This document shows positions 41,951 through 52,422 of a stretch of 64,000 nt of DNA, in pieces. The first letter of the stretch is position 1. Each line of letters begins with the position of its first letter. Position numbers and translations under genes: made by a program. Location of the stretch: the NCBI GenBank assembly GCA_963921275.4, contig OZ001293.3, forward strand, positions 192,001 to 256,000, read 5' to 3'. This stretch comes from an uncultured Hormoscilla sp. Its GTDB lineage: Bacteria > Cyanobacteriota > Cyanobacteriia > Cyanobacteriales > Desertifilaceae. The notes under the pieces were generated by a model that saw only the letters and a program-made list of their open reading frames with translations, did not search any database and was not told the origin of the DNA.

Positions 41951-42120
41951 ACCTCGTTCCCTGCCTTCGTCAGGGAACGTCTTCCGGAGGCTCCCGCCTC
42001 CTGTGCTGACGCGAGGCAGAGCCTCTGGAAAACGTTGCTAGCTAGAAACTAGCAACGAGGAAAGTTCGTTGTTGCGCTTTAGCGCAACCCACGTCGCGCT
42101 AAAGCGCAACAACGAACTTT
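41951..42120. repeat. REP-like element plus 25-bp-stem palindrome between convergent genes
   Basis: aaagttcgttgttgcgctttagcgc-10 nt-gcgctaaagcgcaacaacgaacttt at 42061-42120; the gaggcagagcctc / cgttccctg element also occurs at ~19700-19747. Confidence 0.7.
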
Positions 42121-44231
42121 TATGGGTTACTGACCGATCTGATCTGACTCTTTTCAAGTTGATCGATCAGCATTTCCTGGCTGCGGGCGGGTGCTTTGCA
42201 TTTTAGTCCCTGACACACTAATCCTACTACATCACCTGGTAGTTCTGTTGCCAGATTAAACTCGGCTGTGGGTAAGTATTGGTTGCTGAGAATTTCTATC
42301 TGGTCTTTTTTCGTTCTCACCAGGGTTTGATTGTGATACCAGTCCAGGGCTGCAAATAGGCTGGGACAGGCTTGCGGTGCTTGGTTCATAATCACGCTGA
42401 AGGCTTTTAATCCCTCTTCTGCCCGATCGAGATATTCCAGATTTTCTGTCAGTAGGGTCAGGCGGACTAAGTTGCTGATCGCCACTCCATTTGCTGCTGG
42501 CGTGGCATTGTCTCCATAGCTCCTTTCCCGCACTATTAGATCGTCACTGGCATCATTTGCCGTGTTATAATATCCTCCTAGCTCCAAACTCCAGAGGAAG
42601 TCATCAAACTCTGATTGCACTGCGATCGCATGAATTAACCAAGATCCATTTGCCAGATCGCATGCATGTAAATCCAGCAAAGCTTTGATCCACAGGGCAT
42701 AATCTTCTGATTGCGCCATGACTGCCAGTTCACCTTCATAATTTACCCTGTATAAGCGCCCATCCACCCATTGATTTTCCAGAATAAAATTCGCAGCGCC
42801 TGTTGCCAATTCCAGGTATTCTGTGCGCCCGAATACCCTGGCAGCTTTGGCCAGACCGGAAATCATCAAGCTATTCCAGGCTACTATCATTTTCGGATCC
42901 GTTACTGCCGGAATTCGCCCTGGCCAGTTGCCAGTTTTGGCTTCTTCGTTGTTGCGGGCTGGGGGAAAGGTTTTGATCTTCTCTGGGGTGGCACCGTAAC
43001 GGACGGCAAACAATTTTCCTAATGCTGTTTCCAGGCTATCTGATAATTTTCCTAGCTGAGTCCGCTGCAAGACATTTTTGCCTTCAAAATTTCCCCCGGA
43101 CGTGACGGTAAATTGCTGCTGCATTTCTGCCAACTCTTCTGGGGTCAGTATTTCTGACAGTTCGCCATAGGTCCAGACGTAAAATGAGCCCTCTTCTGGT
43201 TCTTGTGCTGCTGGGGAGGTGAAACTGTCAGCATCTTGGGCGGCGTAGAAGTAACCTTGGGGGGATGTCATTTCTCGCTGCAGCCATGCTACAGTACCTT
43301 CGATCGCTCTTTGGAAGGCTGGCTCTTTTATCCCGGCAGTCCATAAGTCCGCCAGATACTCGATAATTTGTCCATTATCGTAGAGCATCTTTTCAAAGTG
43401 AGGCACTGTCCAAGTCGGATCGACGGTGTAGCGATGAAACCCTCCCGCCACATGGTCGTAAATGCCTCCCAAGGCCAGGTCATATCCCCGTTGCCTACAG
43501 GCATTTTTAGCGCAGCGTGTCCCATCCTTCGATGTCTCCCGGACGCACGGCGAAAACCCGGGAGACATCGATGTCACATTCAACCGACTGCCCCGCAATG
43601 CCATTTCTGCATAGGGGATCATTGGGAAACTCGGACCACCCATGCTTTTCGATAAGAGGATCCTGGCGCACGTTTGAGCCCCTTTGAGTAGTAAATCATC
43701 TTCTAACTCGTCAGTTCCTGGCAGGATAGCTGCTTGCTGAAGAGTCCCCAGGATCTCTTCTTTGAATGATGCTAGCTTTTCTTTTTCCGTGTCGTAGAAG
43801 CGGCGAATTGATTGTAGCACTTCCAAAAATCCCGGACGCCCATAGCGCGGTTCCACTGGGAAGTAGGTGCCACCGTAAAATGGGATGCGATCGCCTGGCG
43901 TCAGAAAGATGTTCAAGGGCCAACCTCCTTGTCCTGTCATCATCTGTAACGCCTGCATGTATATGCTATCTATGTCTGGTCTCTCTTCTCGGTCTACCTT
44001 GATCGGCAGGAATTTGGCATTCATGTAGTCGGCGATCGCCCGATCGGAAAATGCCTCTCCTTCCATTACCGTACACCAATGGCAGCTGGAATAGCCGATC
44101 GAGAGAAATATTGGTTTATTCTCCTGCTGGGCCTTTTCTAGGGCTTCCTCACACCAGTCCCACCAGTCGATCGGGTTTTCCGCGTGCTTGCGCAGGTAGA
44201 GGCTTTGGGCTTTTGCCAGGCGGTTAGTCAT
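42120..44231 (-). CDS. Thioredoxin + six-hairpin protein (YyaL/DUF255 family)
   Basis: [42 protein letters not shown]. Confidence 0.92.
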   Translation of the reverse strand: MTNRLAKAQSLYLRKHAENPIDWWDWCEEALEKAQQENKPIFLSIGYSSCHWCTVMEGEAFSDRAIADYMNAKFLPIKVDREERPDIDSIYMQALQMMTGQGGWPLNIFLTPGDRIPFYGGTYFPVEPRYGRPGFLEVLQSIRRFYDTEKEKLASFKEEILGTLQQAAILPGTDELEDDLLLKGAQTCARILLSKSMGGPSFPMIPYAEMALRGSRLNVTSMSPGFSPCVRETSKDGTRCAKNACRQRGYDLALGGIYDHVAGGFHRYTVDPTWTVPHFEKMLYDNGQIIEYLADLWTAGIKEPAFQRAIEGTVAWLQREMTSPQGYFYAAQDADSFTSPAAQEPEEGSFYVWTYGELSEILTPEELAEMQQQFTVTSGGNFEGKNVLQRTQLGKLSDSLETALGKLFAVRYGATPEKIKTFPPARNNEEAKTGNWPGRIPAVTDPKMIVAWNSLMISGLAKAARVFGRTEYLELATGAANFILENQWVDGRLYRVNYEGELAVMAQSEDYALWIKALLDLHACDLANGSWLIHAIAVQSEFDDFLWSLELGGYYNTANDASDDLIVRERSYGDNATPAANGVAISNLVRLTLLTENLEYLDRAEEGLKAFSVIMNQAPQACPSLFAALDWYHNQTLVRTKKDQIEILSNQYLPTAEFNLATELPGDVVGLVCQGLKCKAPARSQEMLIDQLEKSQIRSVSNP

Positions 44232-44790
44232 CTGTATTATCAGTCTATTGGAGTAACTTTACCTTATTTTGCACCCAAATCTGATAGCGCTGCGCTTTCA
44301 GCGCAGCCATGCTTTGGGCACCGTCTCAAGAAACTCATTCCCAGGCCATCGCTTGGGAATGAGCGGAGGTGCAGGTTATCATTCTAACTCGGGCCTGCTG
44401 TCAAATTGCCCGAGCGCTCTCTTTTCTCTGGCCCTCCCCCTGCTTCTTCTACAAACATTGCTATAATTTATCATTATCATTGACAGCATATCCGAGCGTT
44501 ACATAATTAAGAAATCTGGTCTTGGCTTCTGGGCTACTAAGGTTCTATGGGGAAATTACCTGCTAGAATTATTAAGACATTTGTAATTCATAGAGGGGTC
44601 TGTTTATGGTCACCCCCCTCAGTATAACTGTGAACCTACCCGCTGACCTCAGTCCGGTGTCTCCTAAGTAGTGCGATTACGATCTTTCCTGCCTACCTTC
44701 AGTATATTTCATCGGTTGTTACTTGCTAATCGTTAATTGTTACTTGCTAATTGTTAATAATCTGAAACCTATCTCATTGACAATCAACTC

Positions 44791-46245
44791 TCAATAATTA
44801 GCAAGTCTTAGTAGGCATTGCCACCGTGGCCTCGACACGGGATGCGGTGGCAGCCAGAGGTTTTTATTGGCGCGATCGCGCCGACCTTTCATTACCATCT
44901 TCACACCCCCAGCAGGGGCGAGAGCACCGCCTCGAAGCCACTGCGGCTTAACGGGTCGCTTATCAGCCAGTTCTAGTTGATAGTTTGACAGGATCGTTGC
45001 CAAGACCAACTTCATTTCATACATGGCCAACCCTGAGCCAATACAGCGACGCACGCCGCCGCCAAAGGGGAGAAACTCATAGGGAGAGTATTGACGTGAT
45101 AAAAAGCGCTCTGGCTTAAACTGCTTCGGTTCTGGATAGATATCCTCGCGCTGATGAGTCAGATAAATACAGCCAATCACCCCTGTACCAGGGGGCAATG
45201 AGTAGCCCAATAGTTCAACTGATTCTTGCACCACCCGTAGAAAAGTTACTGGTAAAACTGGATAAATGCGCAGGGTTTCATTGCATACAGCAGTCAGATA
45301 AGGCAATTGGAAAATACTCGTGGGGTCTGGGTTGGGATTGCGCTGCGCGCACGCTACGCGAACGAGAGTAGCCAATTCGGCCAGCAACTTGGCGCCAACT
45401 TCTCTCAGGTGATGAACCCAGTACAATGCCCAAGCCATTGCCGTTGCCGTGGTCTCCTGACCAGCTATCAGCAAGGCGAGCAACTGATCGTGTAATTCTA
45501 CATCAGTCATGGGCTCACCTGCTTCATCCTGGGCTGCTATCAATAGGGAGAGGATATCCGTGCCGCTGGGGTCGGGTTGCTGGCGGCGTGAAAATATTTC
45601 GGCGTAGATCAGTTCGTCAACAAGCTGCCGTTGGCGAATAAACTTGCCCGAAAGACTCCACGGACCCAAATCCCGTCGCAGCCCTGGAAAATAGAAGAAA
45701 CTGGCAGTTAAAGGAGACTGAAAAATATCCAGCATGGAACTAAGACTTTGCTTGAGGAGTTCTTGTCCCTTGCCCTCACTCACGCCAAACACTGCTTGTA
45801 AAATGACTTGCATTGAGATCTCTTCCATAGCGCTACGAGCAGAAAAGGGTTTACCCGGAGGCAATTTGCTCATCACTTGGGAGGCAATCTTACAGATGAG
45901 TTTACCGTAGGAGAGCAGGCGATCGCCATGAAAGCCAGACATCAACAGCTGGCGCTGGCATTGGTGGCTTGTGCCCGACAGCATAAACAATGAATATTCC
46001 CCTGCCAAGGGTTGGAAATGAATGTTCAGCTCGCCAGGAGCTGTAAACTGCTTAGTATCATTGGTAAAAATCTGCTGCAACGCCTGGGGGTTGCTGACGA
46101 ACACTCGGGGTTTGCCCAATACCAAAGTATTGAAGATGTCACCTCCGTCTCGAAGAGCGGCTGCTTCCATGTAGCCCACCGGATCGGTAACCCACTGGAC
46201 GATATGCAAAATTTTGGGAGTTGACGGACCTTCAGGATATTTCAT
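44791..46245 (-). CDS. Cytochrome P450
   Basis: AGQETT, ETLR, PERF, FGGGVRRCIG. Confidence 0.92.
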   Translation of the reverse strand: MKYPEGPSTPKILHIVQWVTDPVGYMEAAALRDGGDIFNTLVLGKPRVFVSNPQALQQIFTNDTKQFTAPGELNIHFQPLAGEYSLFMLSGTSHQCQRQLLMSGFHGDRLLSYGKLICKIASQVMSKLPPGKPFSARSAMEEISMQVILQAVFGVSEGKGQELLKQSLSSMLDIFQSPLTASFFYFPGLRRDLGPWSLSGKFIRQRQLVDELIYAEIFSRRQQPDPSGTDILSLLIAAQDEAGEPMTDVELHDQLLALLIAGQETTATAMAWALYWVHHLREVGAKLLAELATLVRVACAQRNPNPDPTSIFQLPYLTAVCNETLRIYPVLPVTFLRVVQESVELLGYSLPPGTGVIGCIYLTHQREDIYPEPKQFKPERFLSRQYSPYEFLPFGGGVRRCIGSGLAMYEMKLVLATILSNYQLELADKRPVKPQWLRGGALAPAGGVKMVMKGRRDRANKNLWLPPHPVSRPRWQCLLRLANY

Positions 46246-46363
46246 CGGTTGTTACTTGCTAATCATTAATTGTTATTTGTTAATTGTTAATAATCTGAAA
46301 TCTATCTCATTGAAAATCAACTCTCAACAATTAGCAATTATTAGTAGGCACTGCCACCGTAGT

Positions 46364-47123
46364 CTAGGTGGCAGCCAGAGGTTTTGCTTGGCGCGATCGC
46401 CTTCGATGTCTCCCGGGAGCTCTACTCGCACTACCCGGGAGACATCGACCCAACATTACCATCTTCACATCTCCAGCAGGGGCGAGAGCAAGACCTTGGC
46501 GCTGAGGTTTTACCGGTCGCCGCTCGACAAGTTCCAGTTGATAGTTTAACAGAATAGTTGCCAAGACTAACTTCATTTCATACATGGCCAAAGCCGCACC
46601 AATACGCTCCGGGCCCCCGACGCTGCGAGACTGGCCCCAGCGCCAAAAGGCATAAACTCATAGGGAGAGTATTGACGTGCTAAAAAGCGATCGGGCTTAA
46701 ACTGCTTCGGTTCGGGATAGATATCCTCGCGCTGATGAAACAGATAAATACAGCCATTCACCACCGTACCAGGGGACAATGAGTAGCCTAGCAGTTCAAC
46801 ATCTTCTTGCACGCTCCGGGCCCCCTACGCTATCCGGTCGTAAGGTGAACATCGCCACTGGATAAATGCGCAGGGTTTCATTGCAGACAGCAGTCAGTTT
46901 GACAATGCTTGTCGGTGAGGAATTCTCATCAATAGTATCGAGTTCAGCCAGCAGCCGTTCGCCAACTTGGGACAAGTGATGAGACCAGTATAATGCCCAA
47001 GCCATTGCCGATGCCGTGGTTTCATGACCAGCAAACAGCAGCGTCATTAACTCGTCGCGCAATTCTTGTGAGGTCATTGGTTCCCCTGCTTCGTCGCGGG
47101 CATCCATCAGCAGGGAGAGGATA
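46364..47123 (-). pseudogene. Cytochrome P450 paralog, C-terminal half
   Basis: AGHETT, ETLR, PDRF; heme motif broken by insertion at ~46604-46640; further insertions at ~46400 and ~46810. Confidence 0.85.
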
Positions 47124-47326
47124 GATGGAGTTGCCGCAAAAATGTGGGAGTTTTGGGACCGTCAGGCAGTTTTTTCATCGTTTGGCTTCCTCGACAAGAC
47201 TTCTTTCAATTATGACAATAACATATTTCTTTGCTTTTCATCTGGCTATCTGGCAATACACTGCTCCTGCTCTACCCCACCAAGCTGTAAGATTTATTGA
47301 ATACTCTTGCAAACATATCTCAGAAG

Positions 47327-49525
47327 ATGACTGAATTTACAACAATTCCCAGTTTTTGTCAAGGAATTCAATATTTTGGCGAGGCACTGCCCGGATGGTC
47401 AGAGTATGGAAAGGAACCGGCGATCGCCCAGGGCAAGCAGGCGATCGCCTCCCCATCGGACAAGAGTGCTGTCTTTCAAACCCTGTTGGCAGGGGACGCC
47501 CTGCGCTATCTGACCCTACAAGTCACGGCGAGTAAAGCTTCCGGACACCCAGGGGGTTTTGCGAGCATTGCTGAGGCGATCGCGGCCCTGGTGATGCTGG
47601 GTTACAAGCACATCATCACGGAAGTGGGACATCATGCCCCGGGATTCTACAGCAATATGTTCCTCGATCGCTCCCTGGAGGATATGGGGATTGAAACGGT
47701 ACAGCAAATGCGCGATCGGTTCCGGGAAATGCACGGACTGCTGGGACATCTTTCCGGACAAATTCCCGGACTCCTGAACCCTGCTGGCCCCCTGGGACAA
47801 GGACAGCACTTCGCCATGGCAGGGGCCAAACTGCATCCGGACGTACTGTTTCCCGTAACCATTGGGGATGGCGGCATTGGCGAACCCTACATCATGAGTA
47901 GCTTCAGTCACTTCCACACCGCCTATCCCCAAATTACCAACTTCCTGCCCATCTTAGTCTGGAACGGCTACAGCCAGGAACACCACAGCATGGTCTCTAC
48001 CAAATCCAATGCCGAGATGATAGCATACTGGGAGGGTAACGGATTTGCAGAAATCATCCTTGTCAATGCCAAAGACTACGATGACGCCAACCAACCAAGC
48101 GAATATGTCGATAGCACCAATTTCTCCTGGCAAAAGCGCCTAGAATTCACCCAAGCAGTGCTAGAAGCAACGGACAAAGCCGCGAAATCTGCCATGTCGG
48201 GCAAGTTGACGGTGCTGATAGTCAAGCAGTTGAAAGGTGCAGGGGTCCACAAACGGGGGGCAAAATCCCACAACCTCTATCCTGGAGACACTGTAGAAAA
48301 AGATTACATCGTTAGTGCCCTGAAAGCCCGGGCCTTAACCCCCGAAGCTTGGGATTTAGTGCGGACTAACTTTGAACGGGCCGCAGGCGGACCAGCATCC
48401 CGTCAAGTAGTGACCGAGAAGGAATTGCCATTACCCGAGTTGGGAATATTGCCTTTAGAGGAATTTCCCCTTGAGGGCGACAAGAAGGTCGCGACGACGG
48501 CAATGGGTGGTTTAATTGCCCATGTAGGCAAAAGCGACCCTAATTTCATCCTTTCTAATGCTGATGGAAATGCCGCATCGGGGATTAATAATGTCAACGT
48601 CGCCTTGAAAATCGTTCATCCCACTATTGACGAAACCTATTTCCAAGGGCCCCAAGGTCAAGTTTACGAACCCTTGAGTGAAGACGCTTGTGCGGGGTTA
48701 GCTGCCAGTTTGGCCTTGTTTGGCGCCCGGACCTTGTGGAGTTCCTACGAATCTTTTGCCATCAACGGTTTGCCTATTTGGCAAACCGTGACTCAAGCAA
48801 TGGCAGAATTGCGCCGTCCTACTCCGGCGACGATTACCTTATTTACAGCGGGGGCCTTAGAACAAGGACGCAATGGTTGGACCCATCAACGGCCTGAAAT
48901 TGAAAATTACTTTGCGGCCATGATGCGGAATGGAAATGTTTTTCCCCTATTCCCCTGCGATGCTAATAGTATCCAAGCCTGTTACGAGTGGGCCCTAGGC
49001 ATGAAGAATAAGGGGATTACTATTACTGCGAGTAAGTCTCCCTTACCCGTGCGATCGACCTTCGATCAAACCCGCAAGGCGTTGCAGGATGGCGGGGTAA
49101 TATTGCAGGAAACGGAAGGGAAAAAGAAAGTCGTGTTTGCGGTAATTGGGGACATGACCTTAATTCCCGTATTTGATGCAGCTGCATCTTTAGCAAATGT
49201 CGGAATTGGCGTGCGGATAGTCTCAGTTATCAGTCCGCGCCGCTTGTATCGTCCCGAGGATACCGCTTGGCAAACTTGTACGGAAGCTGACGGACATTTC
49301 TTAGATGATGCCGGGTTTGAGAAGTTGTTTGGCGGTGATGGGTTAATTGGCGTGACCGGGGGGACTAGCGCCATGCTGGAACCAATCATGTTGCGGAGTA
49401 ACGTCAAGCGGGATACCTTTGCCTGGAAGCGAGGGGAGACAGCGTCGAGTGCTGGGACAATCATGGCCTATAATGGTTTGACTGCTGAGGCTTTGGCGAA
49501 ACGCGCTGAAGAGTTGGTAAGGTAA
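47327..49525 (+). CDS. Phosphoketolase/transketolase-family TPP enzyme
   Basis: SGHPGG, GPLGQG, GDGG...N TPP motif, LSEDAC, RNGWTHQRP. Confidence 0.88.
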   Translation: MTEFTTIPSFCQGIQYFGEALPGWSEYGKEPAIAQGKQAIASPSDKSAVFQTLLAGDALRYLTLQVTASKASGHPGGFASIAEAIAALVMLGYKHIITEVGHHAPGFYSNMFLDRSLEDMGIETVQQMRDRFREMHGLLGHLSGQIPGLLNPAGPLGQGQHFAMAGAKLHPDVLFPVTIGDGGIGEPYIMSSFSHFHTAYPQITNFLPILVWNGYSQEHHSMVSTKSNAEMIAYWEGNGFAEIILVNAKDYDDANQPSEYVDSTNFSWQKRLEFTQAVLEATDKAAKSAMSGKLTVLIVKQLKGAGVHKRGAKSHNLYPGDTVEKDYIVSALKARALTPEAWDLVRTNFERAAGGPASRQVVTEKELPLPELGILPLEEFPLEGDKKVATTAMGGLIAHVGKSDPNFILSNADGNAASGINNVNVALKIVHPTIDETYFQGPQGQVYEPLSEDACAGLAASLALFGARTLWSSYESFAINGLPIWQTVTQAMAELRRPTPATITLFTAGALEQGRNGWTHQRPEIENYFAAMMRNGNVFPLFPCDANSIQACYEWALGMKNKGITITASKSPLPVRSTFDQTRKALQDGGVILQETEGKKKVVFAVIGDMTLIPVFDAAASLANVGIGVRIVSVISPRRLYRPEDTAWQTCTEADGHFLDDAGFEKLFGGDGLIGVTGGTSAMLEPIMLRSNVKRDTFAWKRGETASSAGTIMAYNGLTAEALAKRAEELVR

Positions 49526-49562
49526 TACCCTCAAGCTATGCCTCAGACAGACACCCGGCCAC

Positions 49563-49755
49563 CGATACCATCAATGGTATCGCTACTGGTACAAAGCCCG
49601 CCTGCGCGGGCTACAATTTCCCTCAGACCGATACCTAGCCACCGATACCCGACCGCCGATACGATAAATGGTATCGCTACAGGTACAAAGCCCGCCTGCG
49701 CGGGCTACCATTGAGGGAAGTTTTCCCCCATCCGGCCACCGATACCATAAATGAT
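49563..49755 (-). repeat. GTAG-type REPs upstream of the HUH transposase (2 full + 1 partial)
   Basis: Minus strand agcccgcgcaggcgggctttg...GTAG-cgataccattgatggtatcg. Confidence 0.8.
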
Positions 49756-49782
49756 GACGGATATATTTGGAGAATTAAACTG

Positions 49783-50259
49783 ATGTCGAGAAATTTCTCA
49801 CAATTATACGTCCATTGCGTTTGGGCAACTTGGGGGCGGTTGCCAATAGTAACACCGGATATAACAGATATTGTTTATGCTGCGATCGCCCGTCAACGTC
49901 AGCTATTAAATTGTACAGTAATTGTGATCGGCGGAGTAGCAGACCAAGATCACTTATTGATTAGCTTTCCACCTAAGTTAACTATATCAGATATAGTCGG
50001 TCAAGCGAAAGGCAGTGCCTCTCATCTCATTATTCATAAAATTAAGCCTAATGAATTTTTCAAATGGCAGGGTGGCTATGGAGTATTTACTGTCAGCAAG
50101 GGTAATTTAGACCGAGTTGCAGAATACATCAGGAACCAAGTTATTCATCATCAACATAAAAAATTCATCCCAGACTGGGAAATCCCGGACGAGGTGAACC
50201 CAATGCCAAAGGGTTCCGGGGTGGGTGCGACGCTCAGCTTGCGCAGGCGGGCTTTGTGA
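49783..50259 (+). CDS. tnpA: REP-associated Y1 HUH transposase (IS200-like), HUH motif degenerate
   Basis: LYVHCVWAT, WQGGYGVFTVS, YIRNQ; DQDHLL in place of DHxHLL. Confidence 0.85.
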   Translation: MSRNFSQLYVHCVWATWGRLPIVTPDITDIVYAAIARQRQLLNCTVIVIGGVADQDHLLISFPPKLTISDIVGQAKGSASHLIIHKIKPNEFFKWQGGYGVFTVSKGNLDRVAEYIRNQVIHHQHKKFIPDWEIPDEVNPMPKGSGVGATLSLRRRAL

Positions 50260-50693
50260 GAGTAGCCCTACCCTTTAGGGTTGGGGCGATCGGGTAAGGG
50301 CGATCTGGTGCGACCTCTGCCCGCGCAGGCGGGCTTTGGATTTGTAGCCCTACTCTTTAGGGTTGGGGCGAGGGGATGGGGGCGATCAGGTGCGACCTCA
50401 GCCTGCGCGGGCTTTGGAGTTGTAGCCCTACTCTTTAGGGTTGGGGCGAGGGGGTAAGGGCGATCGGGTGCGACCTCAGCCCGCGCAGGCTTTGGAATTG
50501 TAGCCCTACCCTTTAGGGTTGGGGCGAAGGGATGGGGGCGATCGGGTGCGACCTCTGCCCGCGCGGGCTTTGGAATTGTAGCCCTACTCTTTAGAGTTGG
50601 GGCGATCGGGTAAGGGCGATCGGGTGCGACGTTCAGCCCGCGCGGGCTTTGGAATTGTAGCCCTACCCTTTAGGGTTGGGGCGAGGGGATGGG
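50226..50693 (+). repeat. Tandem array of 6 GTAG-REP units (~78-83 bp)
   Basis: tgcgac..gcccgcgc(aggc)gggctttg..GTAG-ccctaccctttagggttgggg repeated six times. Confidence 0.92.
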
Positions 50694-50787
50694 ACGAGAG
50701 TGGGTTTCGGAGAGCGGGTGGGGCCGATATTGATATGACAACTGACCGCTAACAACTGACTAATGACAACTATTTTCCCATCAGAAA

Positions 50788-51693
50788 TTATGTCTTGAGA
50801 TTATGTTCCTTAGCGATTTCCAAATACCGATGCAAATACTCGGAAACAATCCCGTGAATGAATAAATCTCGCGCGGCATTAAAAGGACTATTGGGCGCGA
50901 GAGGATGGCGATTGGTAATTACATGATTCCATCGATAATCCCCAGTCAAAGCAGTCAGATAAAAGCCAAAATTTTCGTCAAACTGCAAAGACATCACCGC
51001 CCTGGCAAATTCATCGCTCGTCAGAAAGAGAGAATAAAATACCTTAAACAATTCGATGGCTGATTCTAAATCTATAAATTTCAGCCAGTGGTGTTTCCTC
51101 ACATCTACATCCACTTCTGGAGTCTGTATGCTATCGTAATTAATTCCTCGCTGCTTGACCTCCTCTAACCAATTGGGATTGGCTTTTTTGGCTTCGTTAT
51201 AATCGAACACGAAATTATAGAGAATTAGATCGTGTTCTAAAAAAGCATTATCGGCTAAATCAGCAATTTTACACGGGTACAGTTCAGACCTCGGCATTGT
51301 CTGATCGGATCCGTTATCAATCATAAAATTGATAAGATTAGAACCGATACACAGATGTCTGACAATCAGATAACAAGCTTCTGGCGAGACAAAATGTTCC
51401 AGGAAAAAAGCTGCCGATCGGTGCATAAAACTGTAATTGCTGAATTGAAAAGGTAGCAACCGTTTGACAGTCATAATAATTGCCAGCAGCACATTTGCCG
51501 TCAATTTGATCGGAATTAACAAATAGTTGCGAGTCCAACTTTGCAAATCCCGAATCATGTAAGTTTTCGCCAGCAAATCCACGGGGATCGCCTCATCTAA
51601 ATAGATAGCATCCCAGACCCTGGGGTTTCGGCGATCGCGCGGTTGCGGTTGGTGCAATTCTGCCATTACTTGCTGTGTTTCCTCTCGATACAT
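50788..51693 (-). CDS. Uncharacterised protein (DUF6999-like)
   Basis: ATG overlaps the upstream stop (TAATG); DRRNPRVWDAIYLD, FVSPEACYLIVRH, HDLILYNF. Confidence 0.7.
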   Translation of the reverse strand: MYREETQQVMAELHQPQPRDRRNPRVWDAIYLDEAIPVDLLAKTYMIRDLQSWTRNYLLIPIKLTANVLLAIIMTVKRLLPFQFSNYSFMHRSAAFFLEHFVSPEACYLIVRHLCIGSNLINFMIDNGSDQTMPRSELYPCKIADLADNAFLEHDLILYNFVFDYNEAKKANPNWLEEVKQRGINYDSIQTPEVDVDVRKHHWLKFIDLESAIELFKVFYSLFLTSDEFARAVMSLQFDENFGFYLTALTGDYRWNHVITNRHPLAPNSPFNAARDLFIHGIVSEYLHRYLEIAKEHNLKT

Positions 51694-52394
51694 TATTGTA
51701 TTTCCTCCAGTTGTAAAAGATACAAACGAGCCGTCACCCGAGCAGTTTTGACAATCCGTTTCGCAATTTCTGGGGTCATCCATTCGGCATTCAGAATGGC
51801 ATCTAATTTGCCGATGTGAGCGTCGTCATTAGCGCCATGATAGCCCAAGAAAGATACCTGCTCGTCTTGCAATTTTAAGGTTTGTTTGATTTGTTTTGCC
51901 CACTTGCCGGCCCATTTTTGACCCAAACTTTCAATGATGAAGATACTGCCAACTAAATCTACCGGATTTTCTTGGGATGCTTGATGGAAAATAAACGCTG
52001 ATAATGCATCGCTACCAATGTTTTTTTCCGCTTGGACGATATCTTCTAAAGCGCCACCTGTGGCAACATAATTGCGCTCCAACATTTGATAATCTCGATG
52101 TTCGTCTTGGGCGTGTCCGATGAAAGTGAAACGCATGGAAAAATCGATCATGTTAGAAGCGGCCCGAGCAATCCACCGCGCCCCTTCTATCACTTGGGGA
52201 CGCAAATTTTTTAATAACGCTTGATAATCTGCTAAGGTAAATTCTCCCCGATTTAATTTGCGAATAATCGGTACGGTTTGCAATTGCCGCTCGAATTCTA
52301 ACCAAACTAACATGAGTTGGCGCAATAATTCTGCCGATACTGACGATTGCGCGGATATTGCTGGTGCATCAATTTGTGAGCTAGTCATGTTCAT
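51693..52394 (-). CDS. Heme-oxygenase-like iron-containing redox enzyme
   Basis: QVIEGARW, HAQDEHRD, IIESLG, YHGANDDAH metal-ligand pattern. Confidence 0.75.
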   Translation of the reverse strand: MNMTSSQIDAPAISAQSSVSAELLRQLMLVWLEFERQLQTVPIIRKLNRGEFTLADYQALLKNLRPQVIEGARWIARAASNMIDFSMRFTFIGHAQDEHRDYQMLERNYVATGGALEDIVQAEKNIGSDALSAFIFHQASQENPVDLVGSIFIIESLGQKWAGKWAKQIKQTLKLQDEQVSFLGYHGANDDAHIGKLDAILNAEWMTPEIAKRIVKTARVTARLYLLQLEEIQ

Positions 52395-52422
52395 TCTCCA
52401 ATCAATTTATAGGTTACGATCG

